From: Octopus bimaculoides
Taxonomy: Eukaryota
NCBI RefSeq assembly: GCF_001194135.2
Contig: NC_068987.1
Span: 39,216,614-39,276,418, forward strand
Length of the DNA: 59,805 bases
Direction: 5' to 3'
In this document: piece after piece, positions 35,725 to 49,804 of the stretch
How positions within the stretch are numbered: position 1 is the stretch's first letter
How the letters are laid out: each line of letters opens with the position of its first letter
The notes under the pieces: generated by a model
Told to the model about the DNA's origin: nothing
Seen by the model: only the letters and a program-made list of their open reading frames with translations
The model's database searches: none
Made by a program: the position numbers and the translations under genes

Positions 35725-36789
35725 CTAACCTCAAAAATGACATCCTGGAAGAGTTGTTGTTTATAAAGGTTCTCTACCTTCCATCCAACACCATTCCTAT
35801 GCCCATGGACCAGCATATGATTTCTAAGTTGAAGAAGTTCTTCACCAAGCACCTATTCTGCTGCTGCTTTGAGGTGGCAGAGAGCACAAACCTCATCCAT
35901 CGAGAGTTCTAAAGGGACCATATAACATCGTGATGTGTGGCAGGGTGTTACAAAGAGGGTCATGACCTCTGTGTGAAAGAAGCTGTGGCCTGAGGTTGTG
36001 CCTGAAACAGACTTTGAAAAACTCGAAACCAAAGCAGTAGTGGTGTAGGAGATTGTATCACTCGCCAAGTTTATGGGCCTAGACTTGGATGACGGTGACA
36101 CCAACGAGCTTATCGAGGAGTGCGCTGAGGAACTGACAATGGGGGAGCTAAAGGAGCTACAGATGCTGCAGCGCACAGAGGTTTTGCAGGAAATAGGTGA
36201 CACAGAGGAAGTGCAATAAAGGAAATATTAGGAAAGTGGGAGAAACTTTCAGACTTTATTCAAAAGAAATACCCAGAAAAAGTTGCAACTAGGTGTGCGA
36301 TGGCACTATTTAATGACACTTGCCTAACTCATTTCAGAAACATTCTGAAAGGGAAGATGAAATAGACCTTATTGGACAGGTTTTTATCAAAAATTCCTGC
36401 AGATGAAAGTGAGGAAAGCGTGGCAAAAAGGGTAAAAATCAGTGAATAATATTCAGCTACTCAGTACAGCCTTTCTTTTCTACCTCCATCAGCATCGTCA
36501 AGTCATCTGATCTCCAAGGTAAATGCTGTACATTATACTTAATAAAACCAGTTTATTGTAGTACATTCTATTGTATTGCTTTTTTATACAATATTCATTA
36601 TATGTAAGTACATTTTTCTTATTTAAAAACATGTAACAAAAAAATTGCGGTGTTTTTTTTGGGGGGGGACAGAATGGATTAATGACATTTAAATTCCTTT
36701 CAATGAGGAAAATTGATTTGACATATGAGCAATTTGAGTTACAAGCTCCATCACGGAATGAATTAAACTCATAAGTCAAGGCACCACTG
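35725..36789 (+). mobile_element. Tigger/pogo DNA transposon, 3' part with right TIR
   Basis: FIKVLYLPSNTIPMPMDQHMISKLKKFFTKHL (DDE_1-like); ends ...AAGTCAAGGCACCACTG followed by TA. Confidence 0.85.
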
Positions 36790-36829
36790 TAATTGAAAGT
36801 TTGTGGAGAGGGGATTGGGGAGGGCAGTA

Positions 36830-37630
36830 CAGATATACATTCATATAATACAACACAACGCAAACATTGAAGTTGATAAGATTTGTCTAAGGATGTGGGT
36901 GGCACTTGCTAACACAATCTTTTGAATTTCTTTGAGATATTTCTGACATCCTTTTTTTATCATATCATGGGCACATACAATAACATGGACAATTTTCACT
37001 TTAAGATGAATCCTCATATTTATTAAGATCTTTATATTTATTGAGCTTGTCAAATTCTTTGACAGATATATTTTTACCAGAGTGGGTATTTATATTTATC
37101 AGTTTATAAGTATTTACTTCACAGTCTCTGATAATTATATCAGGTCAATTATTCTAAATTGGCCTGCCAATGTTGACAAGAAAATCCCAGAAGATAGTGA
37201 TATATTTACCTTCAACCATGGGCTCAGAGTGATGTTCATAACAGTTTGCAGGAGTGTCAATTTGGTAGTGCTTACACATTTTCCAATGTAAATATGTCCT
37301 ACCCTATTGTGGAAATTTTTATATTCATCTGGTGTTAGTATAAGACAACCTGAAACAAGATGATCTATTGTCATCTAATGTGTTGCAGAATCTGCATTTT
37401 GGGCCAGCACCAATTTTAAGAATGGTAACTCAAGGTAAAAGGGTTTTGGTTTTGTGCCATCAATATGAAGCCTTTAGTCTCTGCTTTCAATCTTGAATGC
37501 CTCAGCTTCTGATGGGCTGTTTCTTGGTCAACATCAGCATTTTGGCTTTGAAGAATAGATTGTCCATGTAATGGCTTCTGGCTCCACTGTTCCTCAAGAT
37601 TTTCCTGCTCATTTGGTTTTAGCAATTTGT
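36830..37630 (-). mobile_element. R4/Dong-like RLE LINE 3' relic
   Basis: QWSQKPLHGQ, LKAETKGFILMAQ, TIDHLVSGC..EYKNFHNRVG (CCHC region), EIQKIVLASATHILRQIL. Confidence 0.85.
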
Positions 37631-37872
37631 TTGAGTCTTTTTGCTCTCTTGGCAGAGGCGGATCTACTATAAAATTGATGAAGCTTAAGCTTCAGGGCTC
37701 CTTAAACCCGAGGACCCCCTCTGATCAACTTCATTTTTTCATTCTGTCAATATTTTTATTTTTGTATTTTGCCATACAGACAGGGCTGTTAAAACATGTA
37801 TGTATGTATGTATGTATGTATGTATGTATGTATGTATGTGTGTGTGTATGTATGTATGTATGTATGTGTGTG

Positions 37873-37906
<34 letters not shown>

Positions 37907-39579
37907 AATTGACTGAAAAATAAGTTTTATTGTCTAATTGAATTCCTGTTTCCAATGTGACTGACTAATGATGACCTTAAATTGACTGTTTCAAAACAAA
38001 GGGGTGCATGCGCGCACACACACACATACACACACACGCATACACATATTAGTACTGCTAAGCTTTATTATTTCAGTAAGTTTTCGAAATACAAAATATG
38101 TTCCAAAATTTAGATTTTGATTTTTGCTTTAATTATAAAATTACATCTCTCAACAGCTAAAAGTACTTTTTTGGGCTTTGAAATAATTGCATGTATAAAA
38201 ATAATTGCATATGTAAAAAGCGAAACTAGAATTTTGAAAAGAAAGAGACATTTTCATTCGTTTAAATGTATAAAAGGAATATTTTTTATCGAAGTAATGA
38301 GATAAAAATATCACTTGTTTTCCTTTTTGTATACCATATAGCAACATTTTGTCACAGAAGCACCTTGTTTCAAGTAAAATTAAATTTGAGAGGAATTATA
38401 TGAGGTAAATTAGAAATTAATATATTATGTTAAGCATTAAAAAAATTCTTACGGTGTGGTAAAACTACGAAAATAACTGGGAACAGGGCTTTAAGAACGC
38501 CATATAAACCCCTCAAAACATTGTATATATTTTTGAATTTCCAGACAATTTTGGCGAATTTGTATTCTACACATGGGACTTTATAAGATTATGCAAAAAA
38601 AAGACAAAAATAAAAATTGTAGGCGTGTGTGATTTAAGGCCTATTTACCTGTTTTAGCACACTTCACAACTACCTCAATGACAAAAAGAAATAAAACGAG
38701 TAAACAACACATATTTTATAGTTTTTAAGCAGTCAATGTGCATTTAATACAATAAACAGTACATTACAAATTAAATATTTCTTAAAATACGAAACTTCTA
38801 GCACAGAGTTAAGATTTATTCAAAAAACAAAATAGCACATTACAAATTGAATATTTCTAAAAATCAAAGATCTCCAACCTTAACTGGATAACAGAGCAAG
38901 TCCTCCACATAAGTGTAGGACAAACCCCACCTAGGACAAAACCCCCATAGTTAAAGTGTGAAAGTGGATAAAATCCCCTTGGTTATATTTTTCAGTTATT
39001 TTTCGTCCCCCCCCCCCTGTTTCAGTCATTAGTCGGTGGCCATACTAGCCTTGAAGATTATTAACCAAATGTATCAACCACAGAAAATTTTTTCCTTTTT
39101 ACTTCTTACAGTTATTAGACTGCAACCATGCTGGGGCACCACCTTGTAGTATTTTTAGATGACTGTATGGAACCCAGAACTTTTTAAAGTCAAGTCAGTG
39201 ATATANNNNNNNNNNNNNNNNNNNNNNNNNNNNNNNNNNNNNNNNNNNNNNNNNNNNNNNNNNNNNNNNNNNNNNNNNNNNNNNNNNNNNNNNNNNNNNN
39301 NNNNNNNNNNNNNNNNNNNNNNNNNNNNNNNNNNNNNNNNNNNNNNNNNNNNNNNNNNNNNNNNNNNNNNNNNNNNNNNNNNNNNNNNNNNNNNNNNNNN
39401 NNNNNNNNNNNNNNNNNNNNNNNNNNNNNNNNNNNNNNNNNNNNNNNNNNNNNNNNNNNNNNNNNNNNNNNNNNNNNNNNNNNNNNNNNNNNNNNNNNNN
39501 NNNNNNNNNNNNNNNNNNNNNNNNNNNNNNNNNNNNNNNNNNNNNNNNNNNNNNNNNNNNNNNNNNNNNNNNNNNNNAT

Positions 39580-39746
39580 ATACGATGGGCTTCTTTCAGT
39601 TTCTGTCTAGCAAATTCACTCACAAGGCTTTGGTTGGCCCAAGGCTATAGTAGAAGACACTTGCCCAAGGTGCCATGCGATGGGACTGAACCCAGAGCCA
39701 TGTGGTTGGTAAGCAAGCTACTTACCACATAGCCACTCCTGTGCCT
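39580..39746 (-). mobile_element. SINE family 1 (head and core; remainder in or beyond the gap)
   Basis: Same head and core as 13070-13428; tail-like pieces at ~39015-39150. Confidence 0.88.
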
Positions 39747-40214
39747 ATTTGATTATTATTATTATTTTATTCTTTCAATTTTGTTTCCATTTCTTGCTGA
39801 GTTACCATTTCTTTCCATTTTTTGCCCAGACACCTAAGGCAAAAAAACTCACTGTATACATTGTTAGGCCATTAAAATAAACACACCAGATTGTTCATTT
39901 ATAAAATCATGTGATACAAAAAGGGAAAGAAAGAAAGAAAAAAATAAAGAAGAAAATATTTTTAAAATAGAAAAAATTAAAGAAAATTCATGACACACCA
40001 GTTAAAACAATCTTTTGCCCTTCTTGCATAGATAGTAAGCCAATTGCTCCTATTATCACTGGTATTATAACTATCTTGAGATGCCACTTTTTTATCAATT
40101 TCAATCTGCGAATCTTTGTATTTTCTGATCATATCAAATTCTTTTGTCAAGATATTTTGATCACAAGGTAAACAGACTTGAGCATTCCTTGTGATCATTA
40201 TATCTCAGCAAGAG

Positions 40215-41497
40215 AATTTGATAAGCTCAGAATTGGCAACAGAATGGCCATTGTTCCTTGCCCTGCTTCATGGTTAATTAAGCTGGAGAGCTTGCTCTTG
40301 TATTTTCTGTGGAAGGGACAGGCTCCACTTGTCAGATGGTTCATTTGCTGTCAGCATCCACTGTGTGAGGTCTAGAGATGTTGTGGCTAATGATGTGCAA
40401 GCATGCGCTGAGGCTGCGACATCTCCAGTGATACCTGACTGGTGAACAGGTGCAGTTGCCATTTGTTAGATGTGCTTTCCTGCTGCTTCTCTCTTTAACA
40501 GAGTGATAGTCCTGGATCAAGCTTAGACCAAGACCAGGTACTTGGCACTGTATCCAAACGCTGACAGCTCTCAACCAGTCAGATAATGTGGTTGGTGGAA
40601 GTTCCACCATTGAGTTCTATAGGGGATTAGAGGAGGGCAAAGGTGACGACATTCTGGGGGAAACTGAGTATCGAGGATTATCAATTGGCTGGTCTTTTGT
40701 GGAGAATGTTCAGACAGGATCCATGGATAATTTCCAGAAATCCCTGGCCTGGCAGTGCCAGTAGGGGGCTACTTGGGAGCTCTGCCAGTTCAAGAAAGCT
40801 CTATAGGCACAGAAGTGCGGTCGGCTGCACCTGTCCAAGATGCATGCAGAGCGATGAAACCATTCTGCATGCACTCAGACAGTGCCTGGGCATTGCTGAC
40901 TCATGGAGCTTTGTCGAACAGCTGTTATCATGTGTGGGATGGATCCAACTATCATCCAAGTCCATCATGAAAATCACCCTGCCATCTTCCTTTGGCTGGA
41001 AAGGTCACGTAGTTTTCCTCTCTCTGGTGGCTATGGTGAAAGAGGTTGTCTAGTGGACGCATCTGAAAGGGTTGAAGACAAGTACTTTCTTCTTCAGCCA
41101 AGGACACATTAACTTTTTCAGGTTCTACCCAAAATGGAAGGTAAAAGTGGAGAGGGAGGTGTTGTCACCCAGTAAGTTTGTTAAAAGGAGAGTGAATGTG
41201 GCGAGAATGGCCACTGTGAATGGGCCTACACTAAGTATGCACTTGTAGGTTGGAGAGGATGAAGAGGAGAGGGGTGCTTGCCTGAGGCAACCTGTGTGGT
41301 CGGGGTGTCCATGGTGTGTGGAGTTTCCTTGGTCACTCCAAGTTGTATATTTCCCCTATTGGGGAATTTAATTGTTTGAATTCTATTGTTAATTGTTTTT
41401 GTTTATTTACTGTTTACACACATCGTCTAAATCCCACCGTCCTTGTTTTGTGTATTGTCTTTTGGCTTTTTGTGTAGGCCCTTGTGGCTAATAAAAA
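40215..41497 (+). mobile_element. 5'-truncated Tx1-like LINE (second, diverged copy)
   Basis: IVPCPASWLIKLE..FLWKGQAPLV and CPRCMQSDETILHAL, homologous to 27800-28700; ends AATAAAAAA. Confidence 0.85.
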
Positions 41498-41944
41498 AGT
41501 GTTATTATTATCAATAATATTAATACGTCAACTTGTTGTTTTGTATGTCCGTACCTGTGGTGTGTCTCACTTACCTCAAAGGAAGAAGTGAGTGGTAAAG
41601 CAGGAGAGAGGAGGACAGAAAGGAAGTGAGAGAGAGAGAGATAGAGAGTGAGAGAGAAAGAGATAGAGAGTGAGAGAGACAGTGAATGGTGACGATGTTT
41701 GTTTTGTGTTTTCAGATGTTTATCACATTGGAAGAAAAGTTGATACATAAATACATGCACACATTGTTAAATTTAAAATGGGAGAGAGGAGGGACACAGA
41801 GGAAGTCAGAGAGAAAGAGAAAATGGGAGAGAGACATTAGATACATAGATCGAAAGAAAGTTGGCACATTGTTAAATCAAAGGCAACTACAGCAAATATT
41901 GATGTCACTTTCACTTTTCATTACCACATGACGATAAAGTTAAC

Positions 41945-42090
41945 TTGCAAGTGGCTGAGTACTCCACAGACATGCATACCATTAACGTAGTTCTCAGGGA
42001 GATTCAGCCTCACACAGAATATGACAAGGCTGGCCCCTTTCAATTACAGCTACAACTCATTTTGGCCAGCTGAGTGGACTGGAGCAAGAT
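41945..42090 (-). mobile_element. SINE family 3, 3' fragment
   Basis: Direct repeat of 42445-42590 (GAGTACTCCACAGA...CAGCTGAGTGGACTG). Confidence 0.8.
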
Positions 42091-42439
42091 AAACCTTTAA
42101 GTGGTTGGAAGAAAATAAAGAAAGATCCTATATAAGGGCAGGAAAATCTTTTTAGTCGTTAGGGTCACTATGGGTGTTAATCTGGTCCTCACATTTGTGG
42201 GTCTCACAGATCTGGAGGCCAAGCCCTTAGATAAACGTTGATGCACAGGCTGTTGTTATCAAACTGAGCATGAATCAAGAGTGAATACATTATGGAATAG
42301 CAATTATTTCGTCTTAGCTTTCACTGCTTATACTAAACACATGACATTTTTGCCTTTCTTTTTAAAAAATGGCACTCTGTCAGTTATGACGACGAGGCTC
42401 TTGTTTATCTGATCAACAGAACAGTCTGCTTGTAAAATT

Positions 42440-42692
42440 AACATGCAAGTAGTTGAGTACTCCACAGATATGCATACCATAAGGTAGTTCTCTGGGAGAT
42501 TCAGCCTCACACAGATTGTAACAAGGCTGGGCCCTTTGAATTACAGCTATAACTAATTTTTGCCAGCTGAGTGGACTGCAGCAAGGTGAAGTAGAGTACC
42601 TTGCTCAAGGACACAGTGTGCCGCAGGGAATCGTACTCATGACTTTAGGATTGTGGGTCGGATACCCCTAACCACTGAATCATGCACCTTCA
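42440..42692 (-). mobile_element. tRNA-derived SINE, family 3 (CORE-like CCTTGAGCAAG segment)
   Basis: Reverse complement AAGGTGCATGATTCAGTGGTTAGG..GAGTACGATTCC..CCTTGAGCAAGG..CAGTCCACTCAGCTGG. Confidence 0.8.
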
Positions 42693-43204
42693 CTCACTTA
42701 ACTGTAGAGAAAAGGAGTGAAGTGATAGAGACAGAGAAAGGAAAGCATCAGTCATTTACAATGACAATTAGACTGAAATACGATCGATCTTTTCTAGCTT
42801 CTTTACTTTTAACAATGAAGAAGGGGGAAAGATATTTAGTAATGAATAGAGGGAAAGTCTTTCAGGTCTTTATGTTTTTAATCTTGGAGTTCTAGAATGA
42901 TTGAATGTTAGTTCTCTCTTCTTTCTCCCTCCCCTGGTACTTATTCGCCTTCTTTCATAGTTCTTTGTGTCTTTTAGCTGGGAGGAAACACCATGTTTTC
43001 TTGTCAGTTACGTTTAACATTTTCTCTACAAACTACAAATAAGCCTGCCTTTCTTCCTTTTTTTTTTCATACAAAAACTAATGCAAATTTCAAACGGGGT
43101 ATAACTGTAAAAAGAGCCCCCAAAAATGGGTAATATCCCCTACAAAATGGGTATGGGAGAAAAGTTGCCAACAGGTGGCTACACGAAATTCAACTCTATA
43201 TTTT

Positions 43205-43522
43205 AAAGAGTGTCTTCTACTATAGCCTTGAGCCAACCAAAGCCTCGTGAGTGAATTTGGTAGATGGAAACTGAAAGAAGCTTGTTATATATGTGTGTGT
43301 GTGTGTGTGTGTGTTTGTGTCTGTGTTTGTCCCCCCACCACCATTGCTTGACAACCGATGTTGGTGTGTTTGCATCCCCATACCCTAGCTGTTCGGCAGA
43401 AGAGACTGATGGAATGAGCACTTACAGAGAATAAATCCAGGGGTTGATTTCTCTGACTAAAGAGCAGTACTCCAGCATGGCTACCGTCAAATGACTGAAA
43501 CAAGTAAAAGAATAAAAGAATA
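43205..43522 (+). mobile_element. SINE family 1, headless copy
   Basis: GTGTCTTCTACTATAGCC core, (GT)n, AAAAGAATAAAAGAATA tail. Confidence 0.88.
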
Positions 43523-44038
43523 CCAGAAGAACGTTCCATACCATTAAACCAAGAAGGTTCTTTGAATATGTATAATGTATATTAAGGCTAAATAGTAATT
43601 CTGTTTACGTTTGCGTAACTGAGATATTTTGGTTGGACTATATAGTTATCAGTTTTACACTTCATTCTATATTCTGTAACTGTCACAATATAGAAACGTT
43701 TCTCATGGTACTGGCACACAATTTACAGATGCTTACATTTTTTATCATGAAGTATATTTTCCACCTAAATGTGGCTAACTCTTAAGGGTTATTTGCAAAT
43801 ACTGATAGGGCACAGATAGTGTGTCAATAGCCAGCTGGAGGAGATGTTTTCCTGGGGCTACAAGCTACAGTAGCATCGACCCTTAAGGGTCAGCCTCATT
43901 TAGGTGGCAAATATACTTTATGATGTCATGTTGCTACTGTTTATATCTCGCTCAGAGATTTATTATTACATTTTTCAAGTTTTCCATGAATTTTTCACGG
44001 GTCCAGCAAGTTATTATTCTCATTATTATGATTATGAT

Positions 44039-47000
44039 CATGTTTGTCTTTTGCTTTGGTTCCCGCAATAAGGAGGGAACCAGACTGCTGGAGTTCTGCA
44101 ATGCAAATGATCTTATGGGTTGCAATACCAACTTCAAGAAACCTGCCTCTCACCTAGTCACCTACCGTTCTAGCAGACACACTAGTCAAATTAACTACAT
44201 CCTCACCAGAAAAAGGGAAAGAGGACTGCTTATAAATGACAAAACCTTCCCAGGCGAAGAATGTACCCCTCAACACAGATTAGTAGCTAGCGACTTCAGG
44301 ATCCAGCTTGGAGAAGGGTCTGGAAGCTTAATGATCCTGCAAATGGACAGAGATTTAGAGACATGTTACTCAAAGCCTTCGATGAAATAGAAGGGGATAT
44401 AGCATCACATAATGTGGAAGACAATTGGAGGTTTCTATGGGACAACCTGCTGAGAGCCACTGATCAGATCTGTAGATGGTGCAAAGTTCTATCTCAACCC
44501 AAAGTAACGTGGTGGTGGAACAATGTGGTTGACAGGGCTATTAGACAAAAGAAACAGGCTTGGAAGGACTGGAAGAACGGAGGTAGCAGGTAATTGTATC
44601 AGACTGCCAGAAGAGGAGACAGGTTTATTTAGCCAGAGGGGAGGCAGATAAGAAAAAACTTTCCAATGTTCAGTGCCGTGAGGACCAAAGACTTGAAGTA
44701 TTTCGTGTTGCAAGACAGTGTGGGAGAGAGAATTGTGATGTCGTAGGAGAGAAATGTATCCGCGTGGATGATTGCTCACTTGCACTAAATGAGGCTGCAA
44801 AGAGAGAGGTTTGGAGATGCCACTATGAAAGGTTGCTTAATAAAAAGAATAAATGGGAGAAAGAGAGTCTGCCGAATGTCGACCAAACAGAGGGACCAGC
44901 TATCCGAACTGACAGTACCTTGGTAGATAAAGCGATCGAGAGTATGAAGACAGGGAAAGCCCACGGCCCATCAGGAATCACTGCAGAGATGCTCAATATG
45001 TCTGGCAGTGTAGGCTATAGCTTAGTCACCCGTATAGTTAACCAGGTAATACATGAAGGAGTCGTACCCAATGACTGGTGTAGCAGCACCATAGTCAACT
45101 GCTACAAATGTAAAGGTAATGCTTTAGACGAAAACAATTACAGAGGTATCAAGTTGTTGGATCAGGTAATGAAGGTCACGGAGAGGGTCATAGCCCAACT
45201 AATTAGGGAGTGAATCAGCTTAGATGAGATGCAGTTTGGATTAGTGCCAGGGAAAAGCACCACTGATGCTATATTTCTGGTAAGACAGCTGCAGGAGAAA
45301 TACCTACGAAAGATAAACCTCTGCACCTGGCTTTCGTTGACAATGAGAAAGTCTTTAACAGGGTCCCCCGATCCCTTATCTGGTGGATAGATGAATAGTT
45401 AGTGACAGCTGTGTGAGCCATGTACAGGGACGCTGTCAGTAAGGTGAGGGTTGGCAATGAGTACAGTGAAGAATTCCGGGTAGAGGTAGGGGTTCACCAA
45501 GGTTCAGTCCTCAGCCCTCTCCTATTTATCATAGTCCTCCAGGCAATAACACAGAAATTCAAGACAGGTTGACCCTGGGAGCTCCTCTATGCTGATGACC
45601 TTGCTCTAATTGCTAAGTCACTATCAGAACTAGAGAAGTTTCAGGTGTGGAAGCAAGGATTAGAATCGAAGTGCCTTAGAGTCAACCTAGCTAAAACCAA
45701 AGTCCTAATAAGTTGAAAGGTAGACAAACCACAAACACCTTCAGGTGGATGGCCCTGCTCGATCTGTAGAAAAGGTGTAGGTAGAAACTCTATAAGATGT
45801 ACCCAGTGTAAGCTATGGGCACATAAGCGGTGCAGCAATATCAAAGGAAGGCTAACTAGCAAGATAGTTTTTGTTTGTGGCAGATGCTCAGAAGCAATAA
45901 ACACTGGAAATGTGCAGAGAATAACTTCTGCCACATTCCAGGGAGAAAAACTAGAAGTAGTTGATAGTTTCCGTTACCTAGATGACCAAGTCAGTAGTAG
46001 GGGAGGGTGCACTGAAAGTGTAGCTGCTAGAATAAGAATAGCCTGGGCAAAGTTCAGAGAGCTCTTACCTCTACTGGTAACAAAGGGCCTCTCACTCAGT
46101 GTAAAAAGCAGACTGTATGACACATGTGTACGAACAGCCATGTTACATGGCAGTGAAACATGGGCCATGACTGCTGAGGACAAGTGTAAGCTCACAAGAA
46201 ATGAAGCCAGTATACTCCGATAGATGTGTAATGTCAGTGTGCATACTCGACACAGTGTACCTTGCTAGAAAAGTTGGACCTAAGAAGCATCAGTTGTGGT
46301 GTGCAAGAGCGACGATTGTGCTGGTATGGTCATTTGGTGAGAATGGATGAGGATGGCTGTGTAAAAAAGTGCCACAGCCTAGCAGTTGAGGGTACCTGTG
46401 AATGAGGTAGACCCAGGAAGACCTGGGATGAGGTGGTGAAGCACGACCTTCAATCATTAGGCCTCACCGAGGCAATGACTTGTGACTGAGACCTTTGGAA
46501 ATATGCTGTGTGTGAGAAGATCTGGCAAGACAAGTGAGACCTTAACCCGTGGCCTTTACCAGAGGTGTAGCCAGCCCACTTATGCGTACCTTTCTTTCTT
46601 TGGACACAAAACCCTGCTTGTGAAGACCTGTTGAGGCAAGTGAAATCGAAATTGAAAAGTGAACCAAATTCGTTGACTGGCACCCATGCCAACCTTCCTT
46701 CATTGGACACTAAACTCAGTTTGCAAAGACTTGTTGGGGCAAGTGAGATTGAAACTGAACCAAATTCGATGACTGACACCTGTGCCAGTGGAGCACTAAC
46801 AGCACCATCTGAGCAGGATCACTGCCAGAGCAGCGGTCTGACTTCTGTGCCATTTGAGCGCGATCGTTTCTAGCTTCGCCTTACTGGCACTTGTGCTGGT
46901 GGCATGTGAAAAAACATTGGACTGACTTCTGTACAGGTGGCACGTAAAAATAACACCATTTGAGCGTGGCCGTTGCTAGTACCGCCAGACTGGCCCTCGT

Positions 47001-47170
47001 GCCGGTGGCACGTAAAAAGCACCCACTACACTCTCGGAGTGGTTGGCGTTAGGAAGGCAATCCAGCTGTAGAAACTCTGCCAGATCAGATTGGAGTCTGG
47101 TGTAGCCATCTGGTTCAGCAGTCCCCAGTCAAATCGTCCAACCTGTGCTAGCATGGAAAGCAGACGTTAA

Positions 47171-47209
<39 letters not shown>
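44039..47209 (+). mobile_element. Relatively young 5'-truncated RTE LINE with long 3' UTR and (ATG)n tail
   Basis: APE C-terminus, TGKAHGPSGITAEML, NYRGIKLL, LLYADDL, EVVDSFRYL, MLHGSETW; few stops; TSD ATGATTATGAT at 44028-44038 and 47210-47220. Confidence 0.95.
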
Positions 47210-47215
<6 letters not shown>

Positions 47216-47224
47216 ATGATTGTT

Positions 47225-48150
47225 GTTGTTGTTGTTATTGTTATTATTATTAAGTTAGTACATAGTAATTTAATTATCAAGAATTTTATCTTGGGGTTTG
47301 GTAACATGTCTCCTCAAATTTCAAGAATCTTTCTTAGGATAATAATTTCATCCAGGTTGACAATGTGAATCTCAATTCCAATTTCTTTCAGTCTTTTAGG
47401 TAGCAATTTAGATGTTGTGTCAAGTGCATGGGAAAAATCATTGTCTCTTCAGTTGTTTAGCAAGATCCTGATATTTCTCAATTTTTTTTTTAATGTCTTT
47501 CAACTTCATAGGGAATTGCAAAGTCGATAATCTTACACTGTTTGTTTTGTCCTCTATAATCATGTCTGGTCTACTTGTTTCAATAGTGAGGTCAGTGTTA
47601 ATGGGGAAATCCCATATAGTTCTGTAATTCTCATTTTCTATCACAGGCTCTAATTCATGTCCATACTACTTTTCTGCTATTTTGAAGCCACAACTCACCT
47701 GACACACCAATGCACTCTCTTACCTATAGTCATGCATTGTACTTATACTCCTTTTGTACTAGTATACTGCACTCACTCAAAAGATGACTGATACTTTTTA
47801 TCATTTTTCTACAGATTCTACATTTACTGATTTTTGTCATCTTTGCCTTTATCAGATATGTCCTAATGGCTCGTTCCTGGGTGACTACTATTAGTGTTTT
47901 GGTCTCTTATTTCAGGTTTCTGTCCGTCAGCCAGAGCCAGTTTTCTGTACTGTTTCTCTTTCTCTCCTTCAATTCTCCGACTGTCATTACTTTCTGGGCA
48001 TCTCTAGCTGTTAATAGTATTCTTTATTTACTCTGGACAACATAATTTTTCAAACCCATTAGAGCAGAAGTAATTGTACCTTCTATATTTAGTAATCCTT
48101 TGCCTCCTTCCTGCTGGTATTACTTTTAGGATGGTGTGTGTTGTGCACTG
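47225..48150 (-). mobile_element. R4/Dong-like RLE LINE relic with (TAA)n-like tail
   Basis: NYRTIWDFPINTDLTIETSRPDMIIEDK..KKIEKYQDLA (PD-D/ExK-type endonuclease). Confidence 0.8.
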
Positions 48151-48254
48151 TAAGCAGCTTTCTTGTACTTCTATCTTTGATATAAAAAATGTGTGTGTGT
48201 GTATTTTTATTGGTTTAACTATGGATTGTACTTTTGTTATTTACTTGTGCCAGT

Positions 48255-48578
48255 CTTTAGACTGTGACCGTGCTGGGGCACTGCCTTGAAGAATTTTAGT
48301 TAAATGAATCAAGCCCAGTACTTTCCTTTCTAAGCTAATATTTGCTCTGACAGTTTCTTTTGCTGAACAGCTAAGTTATGGTGATGCAAAAGCACCAACA
48401 CCCACACACACACAAATATATATGTATGACAGGCTTCATTCAGTTTGTCTACAAAATCCATCACAAAGCTTTAGTTATCCCGAGACTTTAGTAGAAAACA
48501 CTTCTTCAGGGTACCACACAGTGGGACTGAACCCAGAACCATGTGGTTGGGAAGCAAACTTCTTATCGCACAGCCATG
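48255..48578 (-). mobile_element. SINE family 1, diverged copy
   Basis: GGGACTGAACCCAGAACCATGTGG head and GCTGGGGCACTGCCTTGAAG tail as in the other copies. Confidence 0.85.
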
Positions 48579-48979
48579 TTTGTGTGCATTTCAGCATATA
48601 ACCTTTGATCATTTTAGTTCAGGCCCTTTAAAATAACTGATGTATGGAATTTAATTTAGATTTTAATTCCCATAATTAAACTAGAATGGTATGACATTTC
48701 TATGTATTGGATGCTAACTAAAATTAGGACTAGTAATTCTATTTCTAGATATAAATTGCAGGTACTCTCATTCATCGCTTGAAAATAACTGACCTGCTGA
48801 ATTTAACTTGGATTCCCTTAATCAAACTTGAGTGGTACAATATTTCTATGTATTGGATGCCTATTTCAATAAGTTTTTTTCTTTCTTGGACAATTCTTTC
48901 TGAATTTTCCTAATTCCCTATATATTAATTTCCCCATCTTTTATTATTATAGTTTATTTACATCTTTTACTCTGAAGTA

Positions 48980-49265
48980 ATTAAACTGACAATATTCTGA
49001 TGTGTTAACTTTAACAATGTAGTTTTGAGCAATTGTCTTGATGAACTGCATATATAACAATAATTCCACTAGTGGACACTCCCATTCCATGATGTCAACT
49101 CTCTAAACATCTCAATTAAACTACCTACAATATTTTTTGGCTGATTGATTGGGGAAATTACATGTAACATATTGCATAATCTCATGAATTTTGCACATCT
49201 GTATGTGCCGACTTCTATGATGTTGCTTTAGAAAAAAAACACTTAATGAAACATTTATAGGTATA
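48980..49265 (-). repeat. Old unclassified repeat; intact counterpart of the repeat split by the Gypsy element
   Basis: Reverse complement aligns first to 22570-22680 and then to 33545-33640. Confidence 0.65.
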
Positions 49266-49274
49266 CTATAAAAT

Positions 49275-49680
49275 CCATTAATTATTTTATTATTATAACT
49301 GTATAATCTATATCTATCCTCTCTGTGAAGTCCGATGTCTGAAGATCCTTTCTCACCACTTCATCCTGTGTCTTCCTGGGTTTACCCCTTCGACACATTC
49401 CCTCCAGAATGAGAGATTGGCACTTCTTGATACGACTGTTTTCATTCATACACATTACATGGCCATACCCACGCAATCTTCTCTCTTGCACACTCACATT
49501 ACCCATCCAGTGAAGCATATTGGTTTCATTTCTTTCAAGCCTTCACATGCCCTCAGCAGTCACAGCCCATGTTTCACTGCCATGTAGCATAGCTCTTCAT
49601 ACACAGGCATCATACAATCTGCCCTTCAGTCTGAAGGAGAGATCCTTTGTTTCTAATAGAAATTGTAGTTCTCTGAACTT
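49275..49680 (-). mobile_element. RTE LINE 3' ORF fragment
   Basis: RRLRGYGHVMCMNENSRIKKCQSLILEGMCRRGKPRKT. Confidence 0.85.
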
Positions 49681-49728
49681 ATATCTGTCTATCTATATAC
49701 ATTCATATGTATATGTAAGTATGCATGA

Positions 49729-49804
<76 letters not shown>

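Noticed and set aside
37135-37374. Apparent minus-strand host exon (GCLILTPDEYKNFHNRVG...) with good splice-like sites
   Set aside because: It is the CCHC region of an R4/Dong-like LINE (IDHLVSGC...HNRVG) and is collinear with LINE remnants on both sides.
43736-43763. Possible 28-nt minus-strand microexon (VENILHDKK)
   Set aside because: Weak acceptor and no supporting neighbouring exon.
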